NCBI GenBank assembly: GCA_964470025.1
Contig: CAYXZR010000003.1
Span: 1 to 55,874, forward strand
From: an uncultured Gammaproteobacteria bacterium
Lineage (GTDB): Bacteria > Patescibacteriota > Patescibacteriia > Buchananbacterales > UBA6539
Direction of reading: 5' to 3'
Length of the DNA: 55,874 nt
The notes beneath the pieces were generated by a model, which was not told the origin of the DNA, did no database searches, and saw only the letters and a list, made by a program, of their open reading frames with translations. A program made the position numbers and the translations under genes. Numbering within the stretch: the first letter of the stretch is position 1; each line of letters starts with the position of its first letter. This document shows positions 1-11,700 of this stretch, piece by piece.

Positions 1-55
1 AAAAAGCCAAAGACAGGATTGCCCGAAACAAAAAATCCAATGACGAACTTAACAA
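1..55. repeat. 55-bp terminal overlap, left copy (contig circularisation overlap)
   Basis: aaaaagccaaagacaggattgcccgaaacaaaaaatccaatgacgaacttaacaa is identical to 55820..55874. Confidence 0.9.
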
Positions 56-479
56 GCGAATAGATAGACTCGCCAAAGAAAACAAGCAATTTCGTGATGA
101 AAATTTTGCACTTAAAAAGCGCGGCATGGAACTGCAGTTTGGTGATTCAATCGTTACCGCAATGGAAAGTATTTGCTGGGAGCATGACGGGGAATATTTA
201 TTACTATTCCATCGTCAAATGGCTCGATGTGAAGGTGCAGAACATTCACCGGCATTGCTTTACATATCGCCAACTGGCAGTGCAAGCATTGTCTTATTAG
301 AAGATGGTGAGCCTGTTTTATCACGCCAACCAAGAGGCGGTCACAAACCAAAAGCGGCAACAACCCACTTTGCCAGAAGCTGGCTAAGCAAAGTTATTGA
401 CCAAAAAGGCATGGTCAAAGCTGATGATTTAGACGCACTCAAATACAACTTAATTCACCAATCACAAAAGGCGGCATAA
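1..479 (+). CDS. 3' part of junction-spanning gene (55498..55819 joined to 1..479): 266-aa coiled-coil protein, unknown function
   Basis: Frame 3 is open from base 3 and in frame with listed ORF 126..479. It continues the frame opened at ATG 55498. 322+479=801 nt, in frame. The protein ends ...SQKAA. Confidence 0.7.
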   Translation, partial: KAKDRIARNKKSNDELNKRIDRLAKENKQFRDENFALKKRGMELQFGDSIVTAMESICWEHDGEYLLLFHRQMARCEGAEHSPALLYISPTGSASIVLLEDGEPVLSRQPRGGHKPKAATTHFARSWLSKVIDQKGMVKADDLDALKYNLIHQSQKAA

Positions 480-480
480 T

Positions 481-1395
481 ATGTTTTTCAAAAACGCAAT
501 CATTTACTCATTTACAGAACCGTTCAACAAGTCAGTTGCCGAAGTTGAAGATGCGCTGACTAAATTTAGCTTTAAGCCATGCCTAAAAACTGAGTTTTCA
601 TCTACTGGATGGACGCCAGCATTGCACCCTGACGCAAATGTGCTTGTTCATTCATCATATGGTTACCTAATGGTTTGCCTAAAAACTCAAGAGAAAGTTA
701 TTCCGTCTGCTTCAATAAAAGAATTGCTAGACGAAAAACTCAAAGAAATTGAGCAAGCAGAAGATCGCAAAGTCAAAGGCAAAGAGAAACAAAACCTAAA
801 AGAAGAATTGATCCACTCGCTATTGCCAACGGCATTGACTAAGTCAAAGCATGTTCGTGCAATTATCGATACAACCAATGGTTATGTAATGGTTGAAAGT
901 TCAAGCTATGGCCAAGCAGAAAATTTGCTGACCTACCTGCGAAAATCACTAGGCTCGTTGCCAGTAGTGCCGCTAGAAACAAATGGCGCGATTTGCCTTA
1001 CCTTTGACGACTGGATGAAAGGCAACAACCCAAGTGACTTTACCATTGGGACAGAGGCAATATTGAAAGATTTTGCTGAGGATGAAGGAACAATCAACTG
1101 TAAAAACTTGGCATTGGATTCAGAAGATATTCAAAGTCATTTAAATAATGGTAAGCATGTGGTTCAGTTAAAAATTGAGTGGGACGAAAAGCTATCTTGT
1201 GTGTTAGACGCTGGCCTTGTTGTGAAGCGCATTAAATTTAGTGATGTAATTAAAGAGCAAAACGAAGATATATGCCAAGACGACAAGCTCGCTCGCCTAG
1301 ATGCTGATTTCACGCTAATGGCGTGCGAGCTATCTAACTTTGCAAACCGATTGGTTGAGTTGTTTGGAAAGAAAGGTGTTAGTGGTGAAAGCTAA
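481..1395 (+). CDS. rdgC: Recombination-associated protein RdgC
   Basis: 304 aa. MFFKN... N-terminus, LRKSLGSLPVVPL block and QNEDI...DADF C-terminal block match my memory of E. coli RdgC along the full length. Confidence 0.9.
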   Translation: MFFKNAIIYSFTEPFNKSVAEVEDALTKFSFKPCLKTEFSSTGWTPALHPDANVLVHSSYGYLMVCLKTQEKVIPSASIKELLDEKLKEIEQAEDRKVKGKEKQNLKEELIHSLLPTALTKSKHVRAIIDTTNGYVMVESSSYGQAENLLTYLRKSLGSLPVVPLETNGAICLTFDDWMKGNNPSDFTIGTEAILKDFAEDEGTINCKNLALDSEDIQSHLNNGKHVVQLKIEWDEKLSCVLDAGLVVKRIKFSDVIKEQNEDICQDDKLARLDADFTLMACELSNFANRLVELFGKKGVSGES

Positions 1396-1552
1396 AAACC
1401 AACGGTGGCTTAAATTCAAAGCTCGAACGAAGGCTATCTTTGTCGGTGCTTTGAATACCTTTTTGTCAATTTGCAACTTAGTCCTTATTGGCTTCTTTCT
1501 AGCCATAGGTTTGTTTATGGGGTTTAAAACCATTGCAAACATACTAGGCTAA
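1385..1552 (+). CDS. Small single-pass membrane protein candidate (about 55 aa)
   Basis: GTG candidates at 1376/1382/1385 follow AAGG. Long hydrophobic run FVGALNTFLSICNLVLIGFFLAIGLFMGF. Too short to prove coding. Confidence 0.35.
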   Translation: MKAKNQRWLKFKARTKAIFVGALNTFLSICNLVLIGFFLAIGLFMGFKTIANILG

Positions 1553-1941
1553 TCCTCGGGGCTTCTGCCCCGCTTCATCCCTGACTTAATAATTCTATCA
1601 ATCAAAACATCATCGTTATAGTCCATGTCGTATATAGCGTCCATAATTATAGACATTCCAATAACCACTTCTAGGTTGTCTAACGCTGAAATATAACGAA
1701 TAAGTTTGGCTAGAGGTTCGCTTATCGGCTCATTGCCAGAAACCATGCCAACACTAATATCTAACAAATTAGCGAATTGCACAGCACTTCTCAAGGAAAC
1801 ATCTGTTCTACCTGCAAAAAGCTTATTAACAGTCGCTCTATTCAGTTTAAGAATTTTAGCAATCTTGGTTTTTGTCAGATTTTTAGACTTTGCGATTTTG
1901 TATAACTCAACCTCCCTATCGAAACTGCTTATCTTCGACAT
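1549..1941 (-). CDS. XRE-family helix-turn-helix regulator (130 aa)
   Basis: N-terminal HTH LTKTKIAKILKLNRATVNKLFAG. Divergent from the 2061.. genes across an AT-rich 119-bp spacer. Confidence 0.75.
   Translation of the reverse strand: MSKISSFDREVELYKIAKSKNLTKTKIAKILKLNRATVNKLFAGRTDVSLRSAVQFANLLDISVGMVSGNEPISEPLAKLIRYISALDNLEVVIGMSIIMDAIYDMDYNDDVLIDRIIKSGMKRGRSPED
1558..1573. terminator. GC hairpin between convergent genes (possible non-canonical terminator)
   Basis: CGGGGC-ttct-GCCCCG. No U-tract on either strand. Lies inside the 3' end of 1549..1941. Confidence 0.25.
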
Positions 1942-2060
1942 TTTTTAGAAGTTATTTTTTAACCGATTTGTTTATAAATATAGACGTTATTTAAATAATA
2001 GCACTATTAAATGTCATATTTACAGCAAGCCGTGCGATATATCTCACAAGGCGTACGTTT

Positions 2061-2339
2061 TTGGCTATTTATCAGACCACTGACCAGCGTTTATTATCCT
2101 TCGTAAATTATTGTGGACAGCAAAAGATGAACGCGGATTTATTGCACTTAGAAGATGTTCTTGGCACCCAGCCAATTGAGTTAAGTAGCGAAAACGAGGG
2201 ATTAATTGCACTCTGGCTCTCAATGAACACTCATAAGCAATTTGTGATTCATTCAGGAGACAAGGCGTTGCAGCAATCCTTTTTCGATTTATTTCAAAAG
2301 TTAGAAGTAGCAGTTAAGGAAAATAGTTGTGACCGATGA
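2061..2339 (+). CDS. Hypothetical protein (92 aa; TTG start, alternative ATG 2127)
   Basis: ORF track only. No motif recognised. Non-ATG start lowers confidence. Confidence 0.4.
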   Translation: MAIYQTTDQRLLSFVNYCGQQKMNADLLHLEDVLGTQPIELSSENEGLIALWLSMNTHKQFVIHSGDKALQQSFFDLFQKLEVAVKENSCDR

Positions 2340-2550
2340 AAATTGTAAAAACCGTCAAAATTTAATGAGCAAGATAGACGAGGTAAATACGTTGATTAGC
2401 GAGGCTAACGCAATTCTGAAATTAATGATCAATGACGATAATCATTCTTGTATGCCGGCAAGTGAAGTATCCACCCTTTTATTTTGCCTAAACAAGAAAA
2501 TTATTAAAATTTCGGATAATATAGATTTATTCAGCGCTGCAAACGAATAG
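2329..2550 (+). CDS. Hypothetical protein (73 aa; GTG start)
   Basis: GTG preceded by AAGGAA about 8 nt upstream. 11-nt overlap with the upstream ORF. Confidence 0.4.
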   Translation: MTDENCKNRQNLMSKIDEVNTLISEANAILKLMINDDNHSCMPASEVSTLLFCLNKKIIKISDNIDLFSAANE

Positions 2551-2558
2551 GTAACCAA

Positions 2559-2789
2559 TTGCCAGCTATATCAATTGCTATTGTATTCATATTGGCTTTA
2601 CTTGTAGGTGACCACAATGCCACGCTTGGCATGTGGGTTGCTATCATTGGCCTTGGTGTTACCGTGCATATATTTAAACATTCTAAACATGAATGGATAG
2701 ATAAATTCTACACAGGTGTATTTGGCTTTATTGTCATTGCTGGCGGGGCTGGCCTAGTCCTTGGCCTTATAGGAAATGCTATTCATTAA
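2559..2789 (+). CDS. Small membrane protein candidate (76 aa, about 3 hydrophobic segments)
   Basis: ISIAIVFILALLV, MWVAIIGLGVTVHIF, GVFGFIVIAGGAGLVLGLIG. TTG start. The 3' end overlaps the 3' end of the giant gene by 11 nt. Confidence 0.45.
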   Translation: MPAISIAIVFILALLVGDHNATLGMWVAIIGLGVTVHIFKHSKHEWIDKFYTGVFGFIVIAGGAGLVLGLIGNAIH

Positions 2790-5700
2790 GTGCGCGATAC
2801 TCAAGAATGATACGCTTGAAAATCGCGTTTTTCTTACGCTCAATATCATCTAGTAATTGATCTTTTTTATCCTGAGAATAATTACTATGCTTGCCAATGA
2901 TATTTCGCTGTCTGTTTAGCTGGTTAATTTTATACATGGCGCGATTAGCAATTTTTCTAAACTGCAGTGGTGCCTTGCTATCTTCCAGCAACTCCTTAAC
3001 CGTATCTTGATCTTGTTCCGCAATCGCGTCTTTGTATGCGTTGTAAGCTCCGCTAATATCACCCATCATGTCGTAAAACTGCTTAGAGTAATAACCGCTA
3101 GAAACTTCATCATGCTTAACAAATTTACGAATTAGAGCTAAATCATCCAGTTCGTTAACCTTGAATTCACCATTACCCGTTACCGCTGCGGCACTGTTAG
3201 ATAGTAAATCGGCCGCACCTAGTAAGTACATACCAAGCGTACCCAAATAACCTTGGGTTAAATGCTCTATTTTCTTTGGACTAAAGCCGAACGCCTCACC
3301 CAATGCTTTGGCCGTTTCACTCGTATAAATACTATAACGATCTTCTGGTCGCTTGAATTGATCACCCATGCCTTCAATTGGACCATCAAAGAAAAAGCTA
3401 TGATTCATGTACGACTCAAGACCCGGCTTAATAACTTGTGGTATCGGGTTCATTGCCAATGTTTCCGTAATGCCGTGCATTAAAGACTTGCGTAAATCAT
3501 CTGCTGTTTGGTTGCCGCTGGCAAAATTAAACATGCGCTCTGGCACTGTGCCAAAAACAACACCCAATTCAAACGGTTTAGGTACTCGAATATGCGTGTC
3601 ACCTAAAAAGAAATGCCAGTTTGCGTCCTTGTCCCAATCCTGCAAATCTTCGTAGCGTTCATCATCACTATTCAGCAAGGCCAAACCTAAGCTAAATGCA
3701 GCAACTTTGGAGCCTTTGATTAGTAGCTCTTTGCTAAAAACTTTAAGTAATTGATCGTTACCTTGCGCTTTACTTGACCGATACAGTTTGTATAAGCCCT
3801 GCATACGTGCGTTAAAAAACGGCAGTACATCAATAAAAAACTGCATCATCTTAAAGTTGCCCTGCAAGCTAAAATCCATAAAATCTTTAGCTTCAAATGC
3901 TGCAACCTTGGCGCTTTTACCTGCTTCTTTGGCTCTGCTATAAGTAGATGCTCTATTCGCATTTTCCATAGCATCTGCAACACTGCGGTATTTCTCGAAC
4001 AACTCCCCTGTGCTTTTGGCAATACTACCAATGTATTTATCTATTTCGCTTTTGCTCAAGCCTTTTTTGCGTAATGCTCGTCTAATTTGCTGAGCGGCTT
4101 TCTCTGGATCATTCGCATGAACATACCCACCTTGAAAACTAGCCCCTGCAAACATTAAATCTAATGTTGCTTCATCATTCGCCCAAGTCTGCTTGGCACC
4201 TATGTATGAATCTTTACCGAATTTAAATCCATCTTTGTTTATCATCCAGCCATGAACCGAATCACGAATAAAGTTTCGTAAAATAAAATCAGGTGACAAG
4301 GTAACGCCAGTTGTTAATAGGCGCTTAGCTGCTCGGCTAATTTTCATTAATGGGTTATCATCACGTTTCATGGTCAATTGCGTTAATGCTCGCATAAGAG
4401 ATGCGTCTTGCACTTTGTACCATTTGTCTTTGCCGTTAACGCGAATTTCCACATATTCAGACTTACCATATTGCCGCGCCTTGCGTTCAGCTTGTTTCTC
4501 AAACATATTTAAACTGGCTTCTTGCATAAAGCTAGAACCACTCAGGTTTTCAGCAACTTCAACCATAGCTTTATTTTTCATTGATGCTTCAATAAGCGTG
4601 GCTTGTCTTTGCATAATGTTAGATAAAATATCTTTGGTTGCTTGCTTACCACCTTTGAGCTTACGAAGGTTGCCAGTTTGGTTGGCAATACCTTTTTTAC
4701 TCATAGGACCCGACAAAACAGAATCGACATCTAATTCACCTTCTTCTTGCTCGCGGAAAAATGGCACATACCATTCTTCATCAAAGTTACTTCGAGCGTC
4801 AGAATCAACAAGACCAGCCTCTTGAGCTAAATCTAACGTTGCTGAATTGATTTTGTTGTATTCTGCCTTAATTTCATCGAATAACGCTTCATTTCCTTTA
4901 TTTAGAGCTTTAAGCGCGTCAATTTCATCTTGGTTAAGGTTGTTTTCTCTGCCTTCTTGCATAAGCTTATCAGCGCGGTTACCACCCATCCAAGCAAGCC
5001 AGTTGTTTAGCTGCGTTTCATCAAGCTTGCCCAACACTTCAAGTAAGCCTTTTGTATTGTCTTTGCGAGCAACAACGCCATCTTTCCACTGAGGCGCACC
5101 AAAAAACATAACGCCATGCAGTACATCACTCACGCCAGTTGATAACCTGGCACTTATATAGCCCGATTTCTCTGGTGATATATTCAAACTATCTTCGGCT
5201 TTTTTAATACCGTAAAGCGAGTCGAAAACGCCCTCTGTGGCACGTTCCTTAAACTTAGTGAAGTTGTCTTTTGTTAGATGAGACTTAATTGATGAAGGTT
5301 TTAATTTATCTAAAATGCTAGATATATCTGTTTCACCAAGACCTAGCTTGTCCATGCCAGAACGCGCAGGCTCAGCAGACTCGGCCAAATTGAATTTAAG
5401 GCTTTTTCCGTTTGGTTTGGAGTTGTTATTCTCGCGTTTGGTTTTAAGTGACTCGCTCATTTTATAAACCATCAAACGCATATCTGCACGGCTCATTTCA
5501 GCGCGAGTTAACCCAAGCTTAACCATTATCTTATGAACAGCTGATAATAGTTTTTGATAGTATCTATCAAGCAAATTCATTTTGTCGTGCGATATTTTGG
5601 CAAGAAATTCTTCGGCCTTATCAACTTCCGATTCATGGCCATACAATCTATCTATTCGCGCCCAAGCTTCTTTAATCGACTTCTTAGGTGATTTGCGAGT

Positions 5701-8700
5701 ATCCATAATCGCCAACAATAGAGCTTGTTGGTGAATGGGAGGCAAGCCTAAAATGCCTTTATGCACTAAGATTTCCTCTTGCAGCGTAGCGCGTAAATCA
5801 TCCATGCTTCTGTGGTTCTGCGGAAAAATATATAAAGTGTCTGTATCTCGGCCATACGCACCTTTAACATATCCAATTTTATCAATTGAATATTCAGCGC
5901 CTAGCACATCAGCTTGATCTTTATCCGCAATCACAACTTTCGTATTACCCGCGCCTTGGTATTCCTTCATAAACTTGTGTAATGCAAGTTTAGCTGCTCG
6001 ATGGCTTATACCTTTTGGTGGGGCATCTTTAGCTTTATTGAAGGCAAGTGATTCAGCATCAGCAGACCGCATGGATAAAGCAGAAATAAACGCATCCCTA
6101 TCATCCTTGCTTTTAAACGTATATGTTGGCGTCCCTTGTTTTTCCCCGCCATCTTTTGGCGTGTAAAAGCGTCTAAGGGCAGCTTTGATATAATAACCAC
6201 CGTTATCTTTCGCAATGGAATTTATATCGCTATATTCATCTCCCATATCGCCTTCAAAATTAACCACAAAAAGATCATCATCAGTTTTGGTGTGTTTTGA
6301 ATCCATAGTGTAGCCAACAAGATCAGGGTTTTCTCGCGAGGCTTTAAATGTGCCATTCGGCACACTCGCCACATCTGGCATCAAGTCTCTATACTTTATG
6401 CCGGAATCATTAATCATGGCCGCTATTTCATTAGCAAAATCTTCTGCGCTATCTTCATTTTTAAAGCTAAAAGTGTATCCATCAGATCGTTCTTCATTAA
6501 AACCATCATACTCTCTAGCAATGTCCATGATACCTTCTCGGTTTTCAGACGCGAAATCATGGAAACTCTTTTTAATTGAAACTTCTGTGCTGAATTTTTT
6601 GTTTCTAACAACGGAATAGCGCTTAAAATCAACCTCTGGCTTTTCTGGTCTATCCCTATCTGGCAAATCCATATTTTCAATACGATTGAAAAATTCGTCT
6701 ATTGAGTAATCATCTCGTAAATTGGTTTCTTCGTGCTGAATTACATCATGGCCTTTTTCTAGTTTATCTAAAACAACCACTTTTGAGCTAACACTTGTCC
6801 CAGCATTCTCAAAAGTTGATCTAGGCATAGTAATGGACTTTGTTAGCTGAATTTGCTTTTCGTGTTCATCTAAGAACTTGTCAAAGTTTTTACTTGCATT
6901 TCCACCATGCGGAATAAGCGCCACAATTCGACCGCCAAAAGCCAAATGCTTAACCGCTTTAGACAAGTGTTCCATAGCAGTCTTACCACCAACGCCATAA
7001 GGTGGATTCATTACAATGCCTTCAAACTTGTTTATCAAAGGCATTTTTAAAAAGTCGCCTTTTTTAGCGTTGCCATTGAATACCAATTGAAGTTTATTGA
7101 TTAAATTAGGTGAATCTTCAATAGCCTTATTAATGGTGTCAGAGGGGAAAAATCTAGCAATAGCACCATGACCGCCGCTAGGCTCTAACAGTCTGTCACC
7201 TGGGGCAGCTTGCAACCACTCAACCATTTTCAGACCTAAAGGCTCAGGCGTGGCAAAATAATCAACCCCCTCGCGCTGATCGCGTCTTTTATTGTTTTTT
7301 AGAACACCATAATAATAGGCTTTAGCCTTATCGAATGGGCTTAACTTTTGCCTTTCCGCCATTGCTTTGGCACCATCAAATTGAATGGCATCAGGGTTGT
7401 CTATTAATTCACTATACCCATCAACAAATGAGTCTTTTATTCCCCTAGCTTCATCACCCAATGCTAGGTTGTCAGCCGTATCTGCTCTAGTCGCTATCTT
7501 GCTAGCAAAAGCGTATTCTTCAAAGCGAGTGCCAGTTGTCATATAAACTATGGCCGTGTCGCTTTTAACACCTACCCGAACTGGCCTACCTTCAATCTGA
7601 ATTGACTGAACAGGCTTGAATGGTAAGCCCATATTAATTAATACCCTTGGCTCGTCACCGTGTACGTCATGTAAGCTTAGCCCTGCACTACCAGCATCTT
7701 GTTGAACAACAATAACCTTAACCTTTCCACCTTTCTCATTGAAAGCGTCTTTATTGGCTATTCGCTGTTTAGCAGGCACCTTGCCGTTGTAAAATACAAC
7801 CGAGTCACCAAATGCGTCTTGAAATACATCAAGCGGCCTTTCTAACCCGCCAAAGTTAATATCTAATATTCCACGGTTAGCTCTCTCTAATATCGACAGC
7901 TCATTTTGAACTTCTGGATTGCTGTTGGAATATAACCTTGATAGTGGATTGCTAGAACCGCCAACGTTGTAAGAATGAAATATAATAACCTTCTTACCCT
8001 GTTCAATCATTTTCTTAGCAACTTTAACCGTTTCTGGCGCTTTAATTGCCTCAGTGAATTTAACCTGCTCGGTAAAATCGAATAGATTCCGTAATGCCGT
8101 ACTTAGGTTGGGGTAAAGACTCTCGTCTTTATCATTTTTAGAATCATTAATAATGCTTATCGCATCATCTAGTTTCTTACCTGCAGCAGATTCAACTATG
8201 TAGAAGTTTCGCCCAAAGTCATTGTCTATTTCTATAAATCGGCCGCTTAACACGCCTTGTTTTTTCATGTTTTCGTAGAAATTTCGTTCCATTAGTCCAC
8301 TATTAACCTTTCCGCTTGGCGTGGTTAGTCTGTGGTTTCTCCATCTATAACCAAAATTTTCTATGTAAAATGCGTTGTGCCCATGACCTGCATTCTCATA
8401 CCCGCCTTCAAACTCTGGACCATAATCAGAATAGTTGAATAACAAACCTTCCGCATAATCTAAATTTTTGACGTAAGCAAATGGTGAAGCAGATAGCATT
8501 AACACATTGGTATTATCGTTTGGTTTAGCCTTTGCTTCCTTTTTAAATTGCTCCGCTTTTTCTCTAATCTTGGTGTTTAGTTTATCCTGTTCTGTTTGAG
8601 TTTCACTTTGAGCTTTAGCGCTGGCATCTTCCACGCTTAATCCAGCGCTTAGATACGTTTTATTTAGACTCTGGTACAGATCATTAATTTTTGCTTGCTC

Positions 8701-11700
8701 GTCTGCAAAAAATAAATAAGCTTTGTGATTAAACTCACTATGCCCAATAACCGATCTTAATGACTTCAATGCCTTACTCGGTATTGCTTGCGCTCCTTGC
8801 ATTAAGGTTTGAGATTCATCAGCTATGATTAAGTCCCAATCTCGCTCTGTTACCAATGGCTTGCTATCACCAAATGTAACGTAAGAGGCTATTGTTATTT
8901 CCTTACCGCGATCACCTCTATTTGTTGGCGATTCATCGCCAATTTTATAAATATCTAAATCAAAATGATCTTTACCTGTTTTAATCCACTGATTACTAAT
9001 CCCATCACTTAGCGATAAAATCAGAATATTCTTTTTACCTTGCTGCTTAGCTCTAGCAATAGCCGCCAAACCATTAAATGTTTTACCCGTCCCCGTACCA
9101 TTGGTCAGTAGAAAGCCACGCCCTTTTTTAACGCCATTTAAGCCATTAAAGCGATTTTCTATTTTAACCATATCATCAGCTTGCTTATCAGTAAGCATTG
9201 GTAGCGACTGTTTTACACTGGATAAATCACCGGCTTTAAACTTGGTTGCTAGATTAGGTTTAGGAATTGGCTTTGCTTGACTGGTGTTTGACGGTTGCTT
9301 GACTGGTGTTGTGTCTGATTGTTGGGTTATTCGCTCAATATCACTAACCATCTTACTGTAAGCGATAGCGGCTTTCTGTGAGTTTGTTTTTCTACCCCAT
9401 GAGCTATCATTAACGAAATCTCGGTACGCTATGGCTAGTGCACCACCACCTTTTAATTCAAGCTTTATTTTATCTAAAATAACATCCTTATCTTCCTTAA
9501 TCTCAACTATAGCGGCTTCAAATTCATCCTTTGTTAGTTTGTTTTCTAGTAATCTTTCGTGTGTACTGTAAGGTGTTTTTTTGTATGTTAATGGCTCTTT
9601 GATGTAGCCACCTTGCCCATTACCAGAAATGAAACCTTCCACATTTTTTTCGGTTCGTTTTTTAGAACGCTCGTATGACAAGGAAGTGATTTTTCTGTCC
9701 GTGGCCTCATTTCCACCTATAACATCACTCCTTTTTGTTTCATCCACCGTCCGACTATCAGATTGTGGTTCTTGCTCTGGCTTTGCGTTTTCTTCAAGAA
9801 TAGCGTCAACATCTGCTGCTCTCACTTCTCTAGGTGAGTCCATAGAATCAGCAACATCATCACTTACACCATATCTATCAGGATCGTTAGCTATGGCACC
9901 ATAAGATGATTTAAGATACGGCTTAATATCATCTTTTGGAATACCGTTTTGCATAGCAAGTTTGACAAGTTTATTTGCCCACTGTGCAAACTTAACCACA
10001 CCTTTAGCCGCCAATACCGCACCAATTTTGGAAACAATGAAGGCTATCTTTGGATCAATACCTGAGTTGAATGTTCCTTTTTGCTCCTTGAAAGCGGCTT
10101 TAAGTTCACCAAATAAGTCGGACAATTCATCATTAAGCTTTTGTTCTGCTGTGTCTAGTTTGCTAGGTTTTGGATCGGGTGCTGCGGCTGAGCCCTTTAT
10201 ATTGTTGGCTTTTAGTGGCTTATCTACAGGCTTATCAACCGTTTCTGTGGATTGTTCTATTTCATCATTGCCAAATAGACCAGACTGGTTTTCGTTTTCA
10301 AAAAACGAGTTGGTCTGCGCGTCTCCTTCGGTGATGCTGCCATCTGTTACTGCGCGCAATTCTTGGGGGTTGGGTTGCTCAATTTCATTTATTTCTGACT
10401 TAATTTGTGAAACCAAATTAGGGTTGGTGTGCCAGCTATCCCACGCCTTAGCTTCGTCAGATAATGCTTGTGTTCGCTTAATTAAAGACTGAGGATCTTT
10501 AACATCAACGCCTTCCTCTTTGGCTAACTTCGGATTTTTAGCCGCTCCGCGAATTGAATTTAATCTAGTTCTTAGCTCTCGTTGCTTTTTAGCTGCAACC
10601 TTGGCCATATCTTCTGCTTCACGCATAGCAGAATCATCAAAGCCAAATAAATCGCCATTATCGGCTTTCTGTGAATTAGTTTTGCTTATCGCTGATACAG
10701 CATGAATTAAGTTTTTAGCAAAAGCGATAGATCGCTGATCATCAGCTATCGCTTTTATTCCAAGTACCTGTAACTTCTCGTTGTTTGGCGCTGCGTCCGC
10801 TATTGCTTCTGCTGCCTGCGAGCTGATTCTTCCTGACCTCTGCGCTTCAATTGTCTCATTAACCGCACTATTTGCGATTTTGTATGCGGTTCGTCCTGTT
10901 GCTCGGTCGAGTAACCCGTATTGCTTGGCTTCTGATTCGGTGATTCCGTCTTGCTTGAATAATTCGACATAATCTTCTACTTGCCCTTTATCTTCTCTAA
11001 TGTTGAGTATTGCATCTAGGCGCTTTCCATCATCAGCTGTAAAGCCCTTGGATTCAAAGTGGTACTGTGCTGGAATATTGCTTATTCCGCTGCGCTTAGC
11101 CAGGTCAAACCTATGACGACCAGTGATAATTTCTTTTCGCCCATCTTTTCTAACCCAAACTTGAATAGGCGACATTCCAACAGGATCAAATTTACCAGTT
11201 AGTGGCTCAACAACACCATCGCTATCACTGCCTGACTTAAATTGTGGAATATCAGAAGATAAAGATAATTCATTTACTGGCGTTTGTATAACATCAACAT
11301 TACTTACAGTGTCATTAACTGCAATCTTTGAATCTTCTATTGCACTGTCATCTGACGGTGATCGGTTTCCGCCAAGTATACCTTCTCTGCTAGATACTTC
11401 ATTTCCTTCGGGAATATCGTTACTTCTGGCTGTTCGTTCTCGCTCGCCATCAACAAATAAAGCGCCATCATTTCCGACTCCGTAATTATCTTGTCCTGCT
11501 CCAATAGACTCAGAAACGGAATCATCTTGTAGTCGGGTATTTTCAATTGCTGACCAGACATAACCACCCTTAGTTTTTTGAATGTCAATTTGTGCGCCTG
11601 ATTTTACAGCCGCTTTGTACGGTGCGCTTAGCTTTAAAGCCCGCTCACTTCTGAATGGATGACCTGACGACATACCACGCCACTTGCGTTCATCAGCTGT

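Noticed and set aside
1-55. 55-bp end repeat as a biological direct terminal repeat or cos site
   Set aside because: The length equals a common assembler k-mer and the repeat lies in the middle of a coding frame. The PBSX-type terminase suggests headful packaging. It is treated as a circularisation artefact.
9962-10492. Plus-strand ORFs inside the giant gene (for example 9962..10492, 4370..4825, 9629..9904, 3407..3655)
   Set aside because: All are antisense or alternative-frame shadows within a 10.4-kb ORF that carries clear enzymatic motifs. They are Ser/Leu/Cys-rich and have no SD.
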